64,000 nt of DNA from an uncultured bacterium (GTDB lineage: Bacteria > Gemmatimonadota > Gemmatimonadetes > Gemmatimonadales > Gemmatimonadaceae): positions 64,001 through 128,000 of the forward strand of contig CAXBQP010000001.1 of assembly GCA_963978095.1 (NCBI GenBank). Direction: 5' to 3'. The notes beneath the pieces are model-generated. The model worked only from the letters and a program-made list of their open reading frames with translations. It was not told where the DNA came from and searched no databases. Made by a program: the position numbers and the translations under genes. This document shows positions 9,788 through 20,086 of this stretch, one piece after another (position 1 is the stretch's first letter; every line of letters begins with the position of its first letter).

Positions 9788-10852
9788 ATGCCGACCACCG
9801 TGAAACGATCCGGCCGCGTGCGCCGCTCCACCCTCACCCTGTTGCTCTTGGCCGGCGTCGTCACCTCGCGCGCCGTAGCGCAGGAGGGCGGCGCCCCGAA
9901 CCTCGCGGGGAGAGTCACGACACCGGGAGGCGAACCACTCGACAACGTCGAGGTCCGGCTTGTCGGCACCACCGCGGTGACCCGCAGCAACGTCGAGGGG
10001 AAGTTTGCGTTCGTCGGCGTCCCCTCAGGTCCGGCGCAACTCGCGTTTCGCCGCGTGGGGTACATGCCGAGCGTCGTGGGCGTGGCCATCCCACAAGGAA
10101 ATGAGGCGCTCGATGTCGCGCTGGTACCAACCACGACGCAGCTCGACACGGTGGCGGTCACCGCCGACGTGCACGTGCTCGCGGGGGTCGTGGTGGACGA
10201 GGCCGGCGCGCGGCTTCCCGGGACGGAGGTGTTCCTGGTCGGTAGCAAGCGCGTGACCACCATGACCAACGATGATGGTTGGTTCACCTTCACCGCACCG
10301 CACAGCGGTCCGGTCATGATTCGTGCCCGTCGGCAGGGATACGCGGTCGGGACATTCAGCGTGAATCTCGATGGCTGGCGAGGTGTCGTCCTGCGGATGG
10401 AGCGCCTCGACGCGATGCTGTCGCAGTCCCGGATGCTGGACAAGAGCGGCTTCGGCGTCGGCGCGGAGGTGGTATGGGATGAATCCAGCCGCCGGATGAT
10501 CCAGCGGTCGGCGCGCTCGGCGATCGTCCCGCGAGAAGAACTGGCCGCGCGCAGCGGCATGACCTTGGGGCAGGCACTGCGGTCCACGTCGAGCGGCCAA
10601 CTCGCCGCGATGCAGCTGGATCTTTCGTCGAATCGTGCCTGTGTGCTCGAGGACGGTCGTCGCTCGGTGGGATTCGCCACGCTCGATCTGTATCGCGCGG
10701 ACGATGTGGAGTTCGTGGAGCTCTATCCACCGGGCACGGAACCATCCGGGACCGTCGCCCGCTATCTGCGTGGCGCGGGCTGCCCGTCGTCATCCACCGT
10801 TGGCGGGCGAAGCGCACCGCCATTTTATGCCGTGATCTGGATGCGGAACTGA
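9788..10852 (+). CDS. Exported protein with two carboxypeptidase-regulatory-like domains
   Basis: Signal peptide, two GxVxD..GxPLxxxxV..TxxxGxFxF..RRxGY repeats, plug-like C-terminus. Confidence 0.75.
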   Translation: MPTTVKRSGRVRRSTLTLLLLAGVVTSRAVAQEGGAPNLAGRVTTPGGEPLDNVEVRLVGTTAVTRSNVEGKFAFVGVPSGPAQLAFRRVGYMPSVVGVAIPQGNEALDVALVPTTTQLDTVAVTADVHVLAGVVVDEAGARLPGTEVFLVGSKRVTTMTNDDGWFTFTAPHSGPVMIRARRQGYAVGTFSVNLDGWRGVVLRMERLDAMLSQSRMLDKSGFGVGAEVVWDESSRRMIQRSARSAIVPREELAARSGMTLGQALRSTSSGQLAAMQLDLSSNRACVLEDGRRSVGFATLDLYRADDVEFVELYPPGTEPSGTVARYLRGAGCPSSSTVGGRSAPPFYAVIWMRN

Positions 10853-10867
10853 GCGTCCCCCGATGCA

Positions 10868-10902
10868 ACGCGGGGCCGAGCGAACATCGCTCGGCCCCGC
10901 GT
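10868..10902. terminator. Hairpin between convergent genes
   Basis: acgcggggccgagcga / tcgctcggccccgcgt 16-bp arms. Confidence 0.65.
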
Positions 10903-10921
10903 CGTGCATTCGGCCTTCGAT

Positions 10922-12673
10922 CTACGGCTTCTTGGGAGCGGGCACGGCCGTCTTGGCCGGAGCCTTGGCCGCCGGCGCAGGAGCCTTGGCCACCGGCGCT
11001 GGGGCCTTGGGCGCAGGAGCTGGCGCTGGGGATTTCGCCGCCGGCGCCTTCGCCGCCGGTGCAGCCGGGGCGGCGGGCTTCTTCACCACCGGCGCCTTGA
11101 CGGCGGGCTTTGCGACCGGCTTCGCGGCGGGCTTCGGAGCCGGGGCCGGCATCGGGGGCGGCGCCACAAGATTGTCACCGCCGGCGGTCACGTCGAACTC
11201 GATGCGGCGGTTCTTGGCCCACGCGGAGGCGGTGTGACCGGTCTCGATGGGACGCGACTCGCCATAGCTCATGGTCTCGATGCGGGCGGCCGCGATCCCC
11301 TTGGCGACGAGATACTGTTTCGCGAGGTTGGCGCGCGCCAACCCGAGCTTCATGTTGGCGGCATCGGGACCACGTTCATCCGTGTGGCCGGCAATGCGGA
11401 GCTTCACGGCCGGATTCGCATTCAAAATGTCGACCTTCGCGTCGAGCATCGCCTTCTGCTCGGCGTTGAACACCGCGCTCGCCGGCACCGGCGCCGTGAG
11501 GGCCGTGCGCACCGCGGCCGATGCGGCTGCCGCCTTGGCACGACGCTCGCTCTCGAGCGCCGCTGCAGCGGCGCGACGGACTGCGGCGACGCTATCGGCC
11601 GCCTTCAGTTCGGCGGCCGCACGGGCGTTCGCTTCTTCCGCGCGACGCAGTTCTTCGGCGCGGGCGGCGGCGAGTTTACGACGTTCGTCTTCCGCCTTGG
11701 CAGCGGCGAGCGCGGCCGCCTGCGCGGCGAGCTGGTCGGCGGACATGCCGACCGGCGCCGACGGAGCGGCAGGACCGGCGACCGGCGTCGGCGCAATCGG
11801 ATTCAACCGGAAGGCGAAGCCGACGCCGAGCGTGAAGCGCATCCCGGTCTTCTTGATGACGCCAGCCTTCTCGACCACACCGTCGTTGGACGCGCCCGTG
11901 ATGTCGGACAGCGCGGGCGAGAGCACCAGCGGCAGATTCTTGAACGGCACGAACGAGAACCCGAGGTTCAGGTCCTGCCCCGACCAATCGGCGATGACCG
12001 ACGTGCGATCCGAGGTGCGCAATGCCAGGGAGGAGAACACGCCAATCCCGTGCTTGCCGCTGTTGAGGTCCGCTGCAGGCTGGAAGGCTTCGCTGCCGGC
12101 ACCCGCCGACCACGTGAGCGACTGGAAGGCACTCAGGAAGGTGTCATTGAGCGACCACACGTGCGTGACGACGCCATAGACGCTGTTGCGGTCGTCCGCG
12201 TTGGCATTGAGCTGCACCCCTTGCACACCGAGGGCGATCCCCCAGTTGTCGCCGAGCAGCTTGTGCGCCTTGAGGCCCACACCAACGCGATTCCCGACGC
12301 CGCTTCGGATGGACGACAAGGCATTCACGGCCACTTCAAGACCCACCGCGTTGCTCGAGTTGCCAAGCCCGAATCCCACCGACGCGCTGCCATCGGCGTC
12401 ACCGGCCGCACTGTAGCGCACGGGAGACTGCACGCCAAAACCGACGAACGCGTCGTTCCAGTTCGCGCCGAACGCGATGGGCGAGCCGGAACTCGTACCC
12501 GGCGCACCGCGCGGGAATCGCCCTTGCTCGGTACCGAGGCCGATGTCCGGCACAGGGAGCATGAACTTGGCCCGGAGGGCGTCGATGCCTTGCGCCTGCA
12601 CGGGCGTGGTGCCGGCAATGCCAGCGGTGCCAACGAGCAGGGCGGTAGCGAGGAGTGACCGAAGCGAGATCAT
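10922..12673 (-). CDS. OmpA-family outer-membrane protein with N-terminal beta-rich domain, coiled-coil linker and Pro/Ala/Lys-rich tail
   Basis: IAGHTDERG..NMKLGLARA..YGESRP..NRRIEF peptidoglycan-binding motif, signal peptide. Confidence 0.85.
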   Translation of the reverse strand: MISLRSLLATALLVGTAGIAGTTPVQAQGIDALRAKFMLPVPDIGLGTEQGRFPRGAPGTSSGSPIAFGANWNDAFVGFGVQSPVRYSAAGDADGSASVGFGLGNSSNAVGLEVAVNALSSIRSGVGNRVGVGLKAHKLLGDNWGIALGVQGVQLNANADDRNSVYGVVTHVWSLNDTFLSAFQSLTWSAGAGSEAFQPAADLNSGKHGIGVFSSLALRTSDRTSVIADWSGQDLNLGFSFVPFKNLPLVLSPALSDITGASNDGVVEKAGVIKKTGMRFTLGVGFAFRLNPIAPTPVAGPAAPSAPVGMSADQLAAQAAALAAAKAEDERRKLAAARAEELRRAEEANARAAAELKAADSVAAVRRAAAAALESERRAKAAAASAAVRTALTAPVPASAVFNAEQKAMLDAKVDILNANPAVKLRIAGHTDERGPDAANMKLGLARANLAKQYLVAKGIAAARIETMSYGESRPIETGHTASAWAKNRRIEFDVTAGGDNLVAPPPMPAPAPKPAAKPVAKPAVKAPVVKKPAAPAAPAAKAPAAKSPAPAPAPKAPAPVAKAPAPAAKAPAKTAVPAPKKP

Positions 12674-12826
12674 GTGGTCTACCGGGCGGGGGGCGGTGGA
12701 ACGATCGGTGTGCGACGGGGGCAACGGTGCGCCACGCCCCGGGATGCGGTTCCCGTGCGCGTGACCTTCTAACCTACCACTAAATGTACGCGGGCGGGAG
12801 ATGGGGTGAAACCACCATCGAACGAA

Positions 12827-12864
12827 GCGACGCCCCGCCCCGGGGTTCCGGGGCGGGGCGTCGC
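12827..12864 (-). terminator. Terminator hairpin downstream of ahcY
   Basis: gcgacgccccgccccgg-ggtt-ccggggcggggcgtcgc, perfect 17-bp stem. Confidence 0.75.
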
Positions 12865-12890
12865 CTCGTGCCGACGACCGCGGACGTCGA

Positions 12891-14408
12891 CTAGTAGCGG
12901 TACGCCTCGGGCTTGTACGGCCCGTCCACGGGCACGCCGATGTAGTCCGCCTGCTCCTGCGACAGCTGCGTGAGCTTCACGCCGATCTTCTCGAGGTGGA
13001 GACGCGCGACCTTCTCGTCGAGCTTCTTCGGGAGGGTGTAGACGGCGCGCTCGCTGTAGCTCGTGCCCGAGACGGTCGGCTTCCCCTGCGCCGCGAGATG
13101 CAGATCGATCTGCGCCACGACCTGGTTGGTGAACGAGCAGCTCATGACGAAGCTCGGATGGCCGGTGGCGCAGCCGAGGTTGAGCAGACGCCCTTCGGCC
13201 AGAATCATCACGCTGTGGCCGTCGGGGAAGACGAACTCGTCGTACTGCGGCTTGATGTTGATGCGCTCGATGCCCGGGTACGACTTGAGCCCGGCCATGT
13301 CGATCTCGTTGTCGAAGTGGCCGATGTTCCCGACGATCGCCTTGTCCTTCATCTTCGCCATGTGCTCGACGGTGATGATGTCCTTGTTGCCCGTCGCGGT
13401 GATGAAGATGTCGGCCGTGGACACCACGCTCTCGAGCGTCGTGACCTGATAGCCTTCCATCGCGGCCTGCAGTGCGCAGATCGGATCGATCTCGCAGATC
13501 ACGACGCGGGCGCCCTGTCCCTTGAACGCCTGCGCCGAGCCCTTGCCCACATCACCGTAGCCGAGCACGACGGCGACCTTGCCGGCGAGCATGACGTCGC
13601 TGGCGCGGAGGATGCCGTCGGTGAGCGAGTGCCGGCAGCCGTACAGGTTGTCGAACTTGCTCTTCGTCACGGAGTCGTTGACGTTGATCGCCGGGAAGAG
13701 GAGCGCCCCGGCCTTCATCATCTCATAGAGGCGATGCACGCCGGTGGTCGTCTCTTCCGATACGCCCTTGATGGCGGCCGCCACCTCGGTCCAGCGGTTC
13801 GGGGTCTCCGCGAGCGTCTTGCGGAGCAGGTCGAGGATGATACCGTATTCCTCGCTCTCGGTGACCGGGTTGTGCTGGGGCACGGCCTTGGCGGCCTCGA
13901 ACTCCACGCCCTTATGGATGAGCAGCGTGGCGTCGCCGCCGTCGTCCAGGATCAGGTTCGGACCTGTACCGTCGGGCCACATGAGGGCCTCATCGGTGCA
14001 CCACCAGTACTCCTCGAGCGTCTCCCCCTTCCACGCGAACACCGGGGTGCCGCGCGGCGCGTCCACGGTGCCGTCCTTGCCGACGACGACCGCCGCGGCC
14101 GCGTGATCCTGCGTCGAGAAGATGTTGCAGCTGACCCAGCGCACGTCGGCGCCGAGTTCGGTGAGCGTCTCGATCAACACGGCGGTCTGCACCGTCATGT
14201 GCAACGAGCCCATGATCTTGGCGCCGGCGAGGGGCTTCTGCCCCTTGTACTCGGCGCGGAGCGCCATCAAGCCGGGCATCTCGTACTCCGCCAAGCGGAG
14301 TTCCTTGCGGCCGAAATCGGCCAGCGTGATGTCCTTGACCTTGAACGGCGGACGACCGGCCGCCTTGGCGGCGTCGAACGAATGGAGTGCGGGAGCTGTG
14401 GTAGCCAT
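12891..14408 (-). CDS. ahcY: Adenosylhomocysteinase
   Basis: [71 protein letters not shown]. Confidence 0.98.
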   Translation of the reverse strand: MATTAPALHSFDAAKAAGRPPFKVKDITLADFGRKELRLAEYEMPGLMALRAEYKGQKPLAGAKIMGSLHMTVQTAVLIETLTELGADVRWVSCNIFSTQDHAAAAVVVGKDGTVDAPRGTPVFAWKGETLEEYWWCTDEALMWPDGTGPNLILDDGGDATLLIHKGVEFEAAKAVPQHNPVTESEEYGIILDLLRKTLAETPNRWTEVAAAIKGVSEETTTGVHRLYEMMKAGALLFPAINVNDSVTKSKFDNLYGCRHSLTDGILRASDVMLAGKVAVVLGYGDVGKGSAQAFKGQGARVVICEIDPICALQAAMEGYQVTTLESVVSTADIFITATGNKDIITVEHMAKMKDKAIVGNIGHFDNEIDMAGLKSYPGIERINIKPQYDEFVFPDGHSVMILAEGRLLNLGCATGHPSFVMSCSFTNQVVAQIDLHLAAQGKPTVSGTSYSERAVYTLPKKLDEKVARLHLEKIGVKLTQLSQEQADYIGVPVDGPYKPEAYRY

Positions 14409-14499
14409 TGGAGTCTGCGGCGGAGGGTGATGTGAAACGAAAGAACGAGTCGTACGTCCTGCGGAGTGAACACGTGGGACGCGGGGACGGAGCCCCGCG

Positions 14500-15438
14500 T
14501 CAGGGTTTGGTACAGGAGGCGACGAAGAGCGTCGGCCCCTTGGCGGCCGGTGACGCCGGCAACGCGTGCGCGCGGAAATCAACGAGCCCCACGTCGGTCG
14601 TCCAGCGTTCGAGCTGCTGGTGCGAGAACCCCTGCCAGAGATGTCCCATGGTCTCGCGGTATTCGGCGCGATCATGGGGGAGCATGTCGACCATCAACAG
14701 CCGGCCGCCGCGTTTCAACGCGCGACTGGTGTTGCTCAGTGCGAGCTGTGGTTCGGCGACGTAGTGCAGCACCAGCGACAACAGCGCGACGTCCAACTCC
14801 CCTTCATCGACCGGGAGCGTTTCGAGCGTGCCGTGCCGGAAGTCGACGTTGTCGAATGCGTCGAGACGCGCGCGCGCCGCCCGAAGCATCGCGGACGACT
14901 CATCCACGGCGATCACGCGCGCCACGAAGGGCGCCATCGCCTCGGCCAACTGCCCCGCACCGCAACCCAGATCGCCGACGACCGCGGCACGGTCGAGCAA
15001 ACCGAGCAAGGGATACAGCTCCGTGCGGGACCCGAACAGCTCCTCACGCAGGCGATCCCACTGCCCCGCACTCGACGCGAAGAACCGTTGCGAGGCCGTG
15101 TGCCGCGCCGCGATGACCCCACGGACGCGCTCCGCATCGCGCGCGGCGGTGGCCATGGCACTCACCTCGTCGCGGATACTGAGCCAGAGCTTGCGCGCCG
15201 CCGGGTCGAGATCGCGCGCCGTCATCCGGTACCGGTTGCTGGTGCCGTCCTCCCGGCTCACGACCCATCCGCCATCGGCGAGCGCCCGCAGGTGGCGGCT
15301 GACCGTGGACTGTGGCAACTGGAGGGCGGCGCGCAGCTCACCGACGGTCAGCTCGTGGCGCTCCAGGATGAGGAGCAGCCGCGCGCGGATCGGGTCGGCA
15401 AGGGCCGTCAGGCGGTCAAAGACAGGGTTCTGTTTCAT
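14500..15438 (-). CDS. sahR: SahR-like ArsR-family regulator fused to a SAM-binding methyltransferase-fold domain
   Basis: [26 protein letters not shown] ArsR HTH, DLGCGAG SAM motif, directly upstream of ahcY. Confidence 0.85.
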   Translation of the reverse strand: MKQNPVFDRLTALADPIRARLLLILERHELTVGELRAALQLPQSTVSRHLRALADGGWVVSREDGTSNRYRMTARDLDPAARKLWLSIRDEVSAMATAARDAERVRGVIAARHTASQRFFASSAGQWDRLREELFGSRTELYPLLGLLDRAAVVGDLGCGAGQLAEAMAPFVARVIAVDESSAMLRAARARLDAFDNVDFRHGTLETLPVDEGELDVALLSLVLHYVAEPQLALSNTSRALKRGGRLLMVDMLPHDRAEYRETMGHLWQGFSHQQLERWTTDVGLVDFRAHALPASPAAKGPTLFVASCTKP

Positions 15439-15456
15439 CCGTATATCCGGATGAAA
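15433..15456. promoter_or_regulatory. Putative SahR autoregulatory operator overlapping the start codon
   Basis: Perfect inverted repeat tttcatccg-tatatc-cggatgaaa. Confidence 0.55.
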
Positions 15457-15474
15457 GGTCATAAGACGGGCGCG

Positions 15475-15603
15475 TCAAGTCAAGCCCCGGTTGAGGCCCT
15501 CAGTTCGCTCGGCCGCGAGCTCGGCCTCCTCTCGTGACGCAACGCAGCACACGTTCATCGCGACATGGCCGTCGGGCCGAGGAGCGAAGTCGCGCGGGTG
15601 CAC
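15475..15603 (-). pseudogene. Possible 5' remnant of a TrpF-like gene
   Basis: GTG-initiated 42-aa frame containing NVCCVASREEAELA, resembling the KICCIxSxEEAxLA N-terminus of TrpF-like proteins. Confidence 0.3.
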
Positions 15604-15608
15604 GGTGG

Positions 15609-16217
15609 TCAGTCGGTCGAGCGTTCCAGGGCGACGGTCATCGGGCGCAACTGCTCGCCGACCCAGCACTGCATGCCGACCCCGGTGAGCCCGGCGGACC
15701 GAAACGCGCGGCGATACACGGCCGGCGTGCGGTGATGCCACGCGCGTCGATCGCCGTCGATCTCGTCGGCGCTGGTGTAGGCCTCGAGATAGGCCACGCC
15801 GCCCAGGTGCGCGGCGACCGCCCGGAGCCCCGGCGCGAGGTCGCCAGGGCTGACGTATTGGAGCACATCGCAACACACGATCAGGTCGAACCTGCCACCC
15901 AGGTCGAGGGCGTCGAGGCCGCCGAAGGTGCCGAGTCGGATATTGCGGGACGCCCCGAATCGGTTGATGACATACGGACTCGGATCGACGCCGGTATAAC
16001 GCACGGCGGGTCGAAGCCGGCGGAGCGCAGACCGCCACGGGGCTTCGCCGCACCCGACATCGAGCACGGAGCGGACGCGCCGCTGGAGGAGCGATTCGGC
16101 GATGCCGACCACCATGGCCGCCTTGCGTGCGACGTCCGCGCGCGTGGCGACCCGATGCTCGGGGTCGCGATACCAACGGTCGAAATAGGCGCGATCGTAG
16201 GCCTTGGACGCGGTCAC
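15609..16217 (-). CDS. Class I SAM-dependent methyltransferase
   Basis: YDRAYFDRWY, VLDVGCGE, FDLIVCCDVLQY. GTG start overlaps the upstream stop. Confidence 0.85.
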   Translation of the reverse strand: MTASKAYDRAYFDRWYRDPEHRVATRADVARKAAMVVGIAESLLQRRVRSVLDVGCGEAPWRSALRRLRPAVRYTGVDPSPYVINRFGASRNIRLGTFGGLDALDLGGRFDLIVCCDVLQYVSPGDLAPGLRAVAAHLGGVAYLEAYTSADEIDGDRRAWHHRTPAVYRRAFRSAGLTGVGMQCWVGEQLRPMTVALERSTD

Positions 16218-16912
16218 GTCGAACGAATGAAGTGACAGCCCGCCTCCTGGGCGCGGGAGACGGCAAAGATCCCCGAGGGCTGGCGGATGACACCCGGGAC
16301 CACCGAGGCCGCGACTTGGGCGCGCGCTTCGTCCTGCGAGATGTTCGCCTCCTTCGCGAGTTGTCCCGCGAACCGCATCAACGCGAGGTTGCAGCAGAGC
16401 ACGGTGACGCCACGTCCGATCAGCGCGTCGAGGCCGCCCTCCCCGAGGATGGCGGCGAACTTGTCGCTCGCCTGGATCTTCACGAACGGATTCCGCAGCG
16501 CCGACTCGCCGGTCGTGGGATCCTTGAGCTTGGACCGTTCCCCCAACTTGAAACGATTCCACAGGTCGTCGTTGACCGCGGCCGCGATGGCCTGATGCCG
16601 GATCACGATGACGGCACCCATGTCCCTATCGGTGGTCTTGTAGACGTCGCTGTACCCGCGCATCCAGGTGACGGTGTTCGTGAAGGCGATCCCGTCACTC
16701 ATTTCAGGCATGTCGAAGAGCATGCGATGCTTGGCCTTTTCGACCCGATCGACCCACGACATGTCCCAGCCGCCCTGCGGGGTCGGATACTCCGGGAAGG
16801 TGCGCGCCTGCGCTACGAGTTCGCGCGCGCTCAGCCCGGAGGCAGCGACGGCGGCAGTGGTACCAGCGATGGCGGTCAGGAACTGACGGCGATTGGCGGG
16901 CGGATTGGTCAC
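16214..16912 (-). CDS. Tat-exported hypothetical protein, DsrE-like fold
   Basis: NRRQFL twin-arginine signal, RGVTVLCCNLAL and PSGIFAVSRAQEAG DsrE-like segments. Confidence 0.7.
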   Translation of the reverse strand: MTNPPANRRQFLTAIAGTTAAVAASGLSARELVAQARTFPEYPTPQGGWDMSWVDRVEKAKHRMLFDMPEMSDGIAFTNTVTWMRGYSDVYKTTDRDMGAVIVIRHQAIAAAVNDDLWNRFKLGERSKLKDPTTGESALRNPFVKIQASDKFAAILGEGGLDALIGRGVTVLCCNLALMRFAGQLAKEANISQDEARAQVAASVVPGVIRQPSGIFAVSRAQEAGCHFIRST

Positions 16913-16962
16913 GGGCTCTCTCAGACTGGAAGCTTTGGGGGTCGGCGCGACGGCGCGCGGTC

Positions 16963-17520
16963 CTACTCGGCGGGGTCCGGTTGGCGCCACAGGAGGATCG
17001 CGAGCAGGACGGCGCCGACGGTCACGAACGAATCGGCGACGTTGAAGGTGTAGAACCGGCTGTCGGCGAGTCCGACATCGAGGAAATCCACCACGCCGCG
17101 CACCGACCGGATGCGATCGATGAGATTGCCGACGGCACCCGAGGCGATCAGGCCGAGTGCGACGACTTGCGCGCGATCGTCCTGCCGCGTCTCGAGCAGC
17201 ATGCGAAAGAGGACCACGAACATCACGGCGGCGATCACGCTGAAGACGATCCGCGACGACGCCCCGAACGACAGGTTCATGGCCGCTCCCGGATTGTAGA
17301 TCAGGGTGAACCGGAGGAACTCCCCGATCACCCGGCGCGGCACATGCGGTACCAGGGCCGCTTCGATGACACGCTTGCTCACGTAGTCGATCAGGACGCC
17401 GCCCAGGACCAGCGACCAGAACAGGCGGTCTCTCGCCCCCCGCAGGGCGGCGGGGGGCGGCGGCGCCTCGACCATTGGCGCGTCCGGCGAAGCGAGCGTG
17501 GATTCCAGTGGATTCGTCAT
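16963..17520 (-). CDS. lspA: Lipoprotein signal peptidase II
   Basis: IDYVSK, YNPGAAM, GAVGNLIDR, GVVDF, FNVADS. Confidence 0.95.
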   Translation of the reverse strand: MTNPLESTLASPDAPMVEAPPPPAALRGARDRLFWSLVLGGVLIDYVSKRVIEAALVPHVPRRVIGEFLRFTLIYNPGAAMNLSFGASSRIVFSVIAAVMFVVLFRMLLETRQDDRAQVVALGLIASGAVGNLIDRIRSVRGVVDFLDVGLADSRFYTFNVADSFVTVGAVLLAILLWRQPDPAE

Positions 17521-17566
17521 GTGCAAGAATAAGCGTCCCGGGGAAAGATACCGCTAAGTTTCGTCT

Positions 17567-20086
17567 GTGCGACTCCCTCCCCTGCCGATCGACGCCGTCC
17601 TCCCCGACCTGCTCTCGGTCCTCGAGCGTGGGACGCGGGCCGTGCTGCAGGCGCCGCCGGGTGCGGGAAAGACGACCCGCGTGCCACTCGCACTGCTCGG
17701 CGGGTCCTGGCGCGGTGACGGCCGCATCGTGATGCTCGAGCCGCGTCGGCTCGCGACACGCGCGTCGGCGAGACACATGGCGCAGCTCCTGGGAGAATCC
17801 GTCGGGACAACGGTCGGCTACCGCGTGCGGGGAGACTCCGCGGTCTCACACCGGACGCGCGTGGAGGTGGTGACCGAGGGAGTGCTCACGCGCATGGTGC
17901 AGGATGACCCCGCGCTCGAGGGCGTGGCCGCAGTCGTATTCGACGAGTTCCATGAGCGCAATCTCGTCGCCGATCTCGGCCTCGCCCTCGTATTGCAGAG
18001 TGCGGCCCTGGTGCGTCCCGAGCTGCGCATCGTGGTGATGTCCGCCACCCTCGACGGGAGCCGAGTTGCCGCGATGCTCGATGACGCGCCCATCGTGACC
18101 TCCGAGGGCCGGATGTTCCCGGTCGAGACGATTCACGTGGCGCGGCGCGATGGCCAGCGGTTGGAGGGCACGGTGGCGGCCGCGGTGGAGCGCGCGTTGC
18201 GCGAACAGGACGGGGACGTGCTCGTATTCCTTCCCGGAGCGGCAGAGATCCGCCGGACGCACGCGCTGTTGACGGCCGGCACGCTCCCCGCACTGATAGA
18301 CGTGTACCCGCTCCACGGCACGATGCCGCCAGAGCAGCAGGACCGCGCGATCGCGCCGAGTCTACCAGGGCGGCGTAAGGTGGTGCTGGCGACGTCGGTG
18401 GCCGAGACGAGTCTTACGATTGAAGGGGTCCGCGTCGTGATCGACAGCGGAGTGAGTCGGGTCCCCCGTTTCTCGCCGCGTACGGGAATGACGCGACTCG
18501 AGACCGTTCGGGTGGCCCGTGACGCCGCGGACCAGCGCCGCGGCCGCGCTGGGCGTGTGGCCCCTGGCGTCTGCTATCGGTGCTGGGCGAGTGACGAGGA
18601 GGTGCAACTGCTGGCGCGACGGGCGCCAGAGATCACCGAAGCGGACCTCGCGCCGCTCGCGCTGGAACTCGGAGTGGCCGGCATCACCGACCCGTCCACG
18701 CTGCGGTGGCTCGACCCTCCCCCGGAAGGAGCGCTGCGCCACGCGCGTCGGGTGCTGGAGACGCTGGGCGCGTGTTCGCCTGACGGGCGCATCACCGCCC
18801 ACGGCCGGGCGATGGCGGCGATGGGCCTCCATCCGCGTCTGGCGCACATGGTGATCGTCGCCCAGGAACGCAACGCGACCGCGGTGGGCTGCGACCTCGC
18901 GGCCCTGCTCGCGGAACGCGACATCCTCCGGCGTGACGAGGCGGTTCGTGATCCCGATCTCAGGACCCGACTCGAGTTGCTCTGCCATCCGCACGGCGCG
19001 GACGATCCGCGAGTGGACCGCGGCCGCTGGTTCCAGGTGCGTGACGAGGCGCGTCGACTCCGGGCGGAGATGGGTGCGAGCGATCGGGCGCGGACCGAGG
19101 ACCAGGGACAACCGCTCGTCCCCGAGGACGCGTCGCTACTGGCCGCGCTGGCGTACCCCGACCGGGTCGCCCTCGCGCGCCCGGGGGCTCGCGGCCGTTT
19201 CCTCATGCGGAATGGTGGGGCCGCCCGTGTGGACGATCGATCACCGCTCGCCGACGCGGAGGCGTTGTGCATCACGGAGACGGACGGCGGGACCGGTGAA
19301 GCGCACGTGTATCTCGCGGCGCCGCTCCGCGCGCCGGACCTCGACACGCTCTTCGGCCACGAGGCCATCCGGCACGAGGTGGTCGAGTACGATGCGCAGC
19401 ACGACCTGATCCGCGCCGTGCGACGCCGCACGCTCGGCGCGCTGGTGCTCGAGGAGCGCGCCCTGCACTCCCCAGACCCCGCGTTGATCGGTGCGGCGTG
19501 GGTCCCCGTCATCCGCGCGAATGGCCTGGCGAGTCTCACCTGGAGCGATGCGGCACGCGCCCTGCGCGCGCGCGTGCAGTTCGCCCGGACCATCGATGCG
19601 CGCTGGCCGGACTGGTCGGACGCCGCGTTGCTCGCCGCCATCGACGGGTGGCTCGCACCGTCGCTGGCCGGTGTCATGCGCCGTACCGCGATCGACCGCG
19701 TGGACATCGCCGCAGCGCTGCGATCCCAGCTCGACGGACGACAACTCGCGGAGCTGGACCGCGTCGCCCCCACGCACGTGGAAGTCCCGACCGGGTCGAG
19801 GATTCCGGTGGACTACAGCGACCCGCTCGCCCCGGTGCTGGCGGTCCGCCTGCAGGAGATGTTCGGCGCGACGGCAACGCCCTGCGTCGGCGGCGGTCGC
19901 GTCCCTCTCACGCTCCACCTGCTCTCCCCCGCGCATCGGCCCGTACAAGTCACGCGCGATCTGGCGGGCTTCTGGGCGAGCAGCTATTTCGCGGTCCGCA
20001 AAGACCTGCGGGGGCGGTATCCTCGGCATCCGTGGCCCGAGGATCCACTCCTCGCCGCGCCGACCCGACGCGCAAAACCGCGCTAG
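17567..20086 (+). CDS. hrpB: ATP-dependent RNA helicase HrpB
   Basis: APPGAGKTT, DEFHER, MSATL, ATSVAETSLTI, QRRGRAGR, C-terminal LRGRYPRHPWP. Confidence 0.96.
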   Translation: MRLPPLPIDAVLPDLLSVLERGTRAVLQAPPGAGKTTRVPLALLGGSWRGDGRIVMLEPRRLATRASARHMAQLLGESVGTTVGYRVRGDSAVSHRTRVEVVTEGVLTRMVQDDPALEGVAAVVFDEFHERNLVADLGLALVLQSAALVRPELRIVVMSATLDGSRVAAMLDDAPIVTSEGRMFPVETIHVARRDGQRLEGTVAAAVERALREQDGDVLVFLPGAAEIRRTHALLTAGTLPALIDVYPLHGTMPPEQQDRAIAPSLPGRRKVVLATSVAETSLTIEGVRVVIDSGVSRVPRFSPRTGMTRLETVRVARDAADQRRGRAGRVAPGVCYRCWASDEEVQLLARRAPEITEADLAPLALELGVAGITDPSTLRWLDPPPEGALRHARRVLETLGACSPDGRITAHGRAMAAMGLHPRLAHMVIVAQERNATAVGCDLAALLAERDILRRDEAVRDPDLRTRLELLCHPHGADDPRVDRGRWFQVRDEARRLRAEMGASDRARTEDQGQPLVPEDASLLAALAYPDRVALARPGARGRFLMRNGGAARVDDRSPLADAEALCITETDGGTGEAHVYLAAPLRAPDLDTLFGHEAIRHEVVEYDAQHDLIRAVRRRTLGALVLEERALHSPDPALIGAAWVPVIRANGLASLTWSDAARALRARVQFARTIDARWPDWSDAALLAAIDGWLAPSLAGVMRRTAIDRVDIAAALRSQLDGRQLAELDRVAPTHVEVPTGSRIPVDYSDPLAPVLAVRLQEMFGATATPCVGGGRVPLTLHLLSPAHRPVQVTRDLAGFWASSYFAVRKDLRGRYPRHPWPEDPLLAAPTRRAKPR

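Noticed and set aside
10930..11160. Repetitive ggagccttggc-type DNA as a possible CRISPR or tandem array
   Set aside because: Irregular, no unique spacers, explained by the PAK-rich coding tail. No cas genes in the window.
10904..12658. Long antisense and alternative-frame ORFs here and throughout (e.g. 22556-24811, 34509-35975, 54383-55891)
   Set aside because: Shadow ORFs expected at high GC, Arg/Pro/Gly-rich, with no motifs and opposite well-supported genes.
15575..15600. ccgaggagcg resembling the 5' end of an SAH riboswitch near ahcY
   Set aside because: It is on the wrong strand for sahR-ahcY and the downstream conserved elements are missing.
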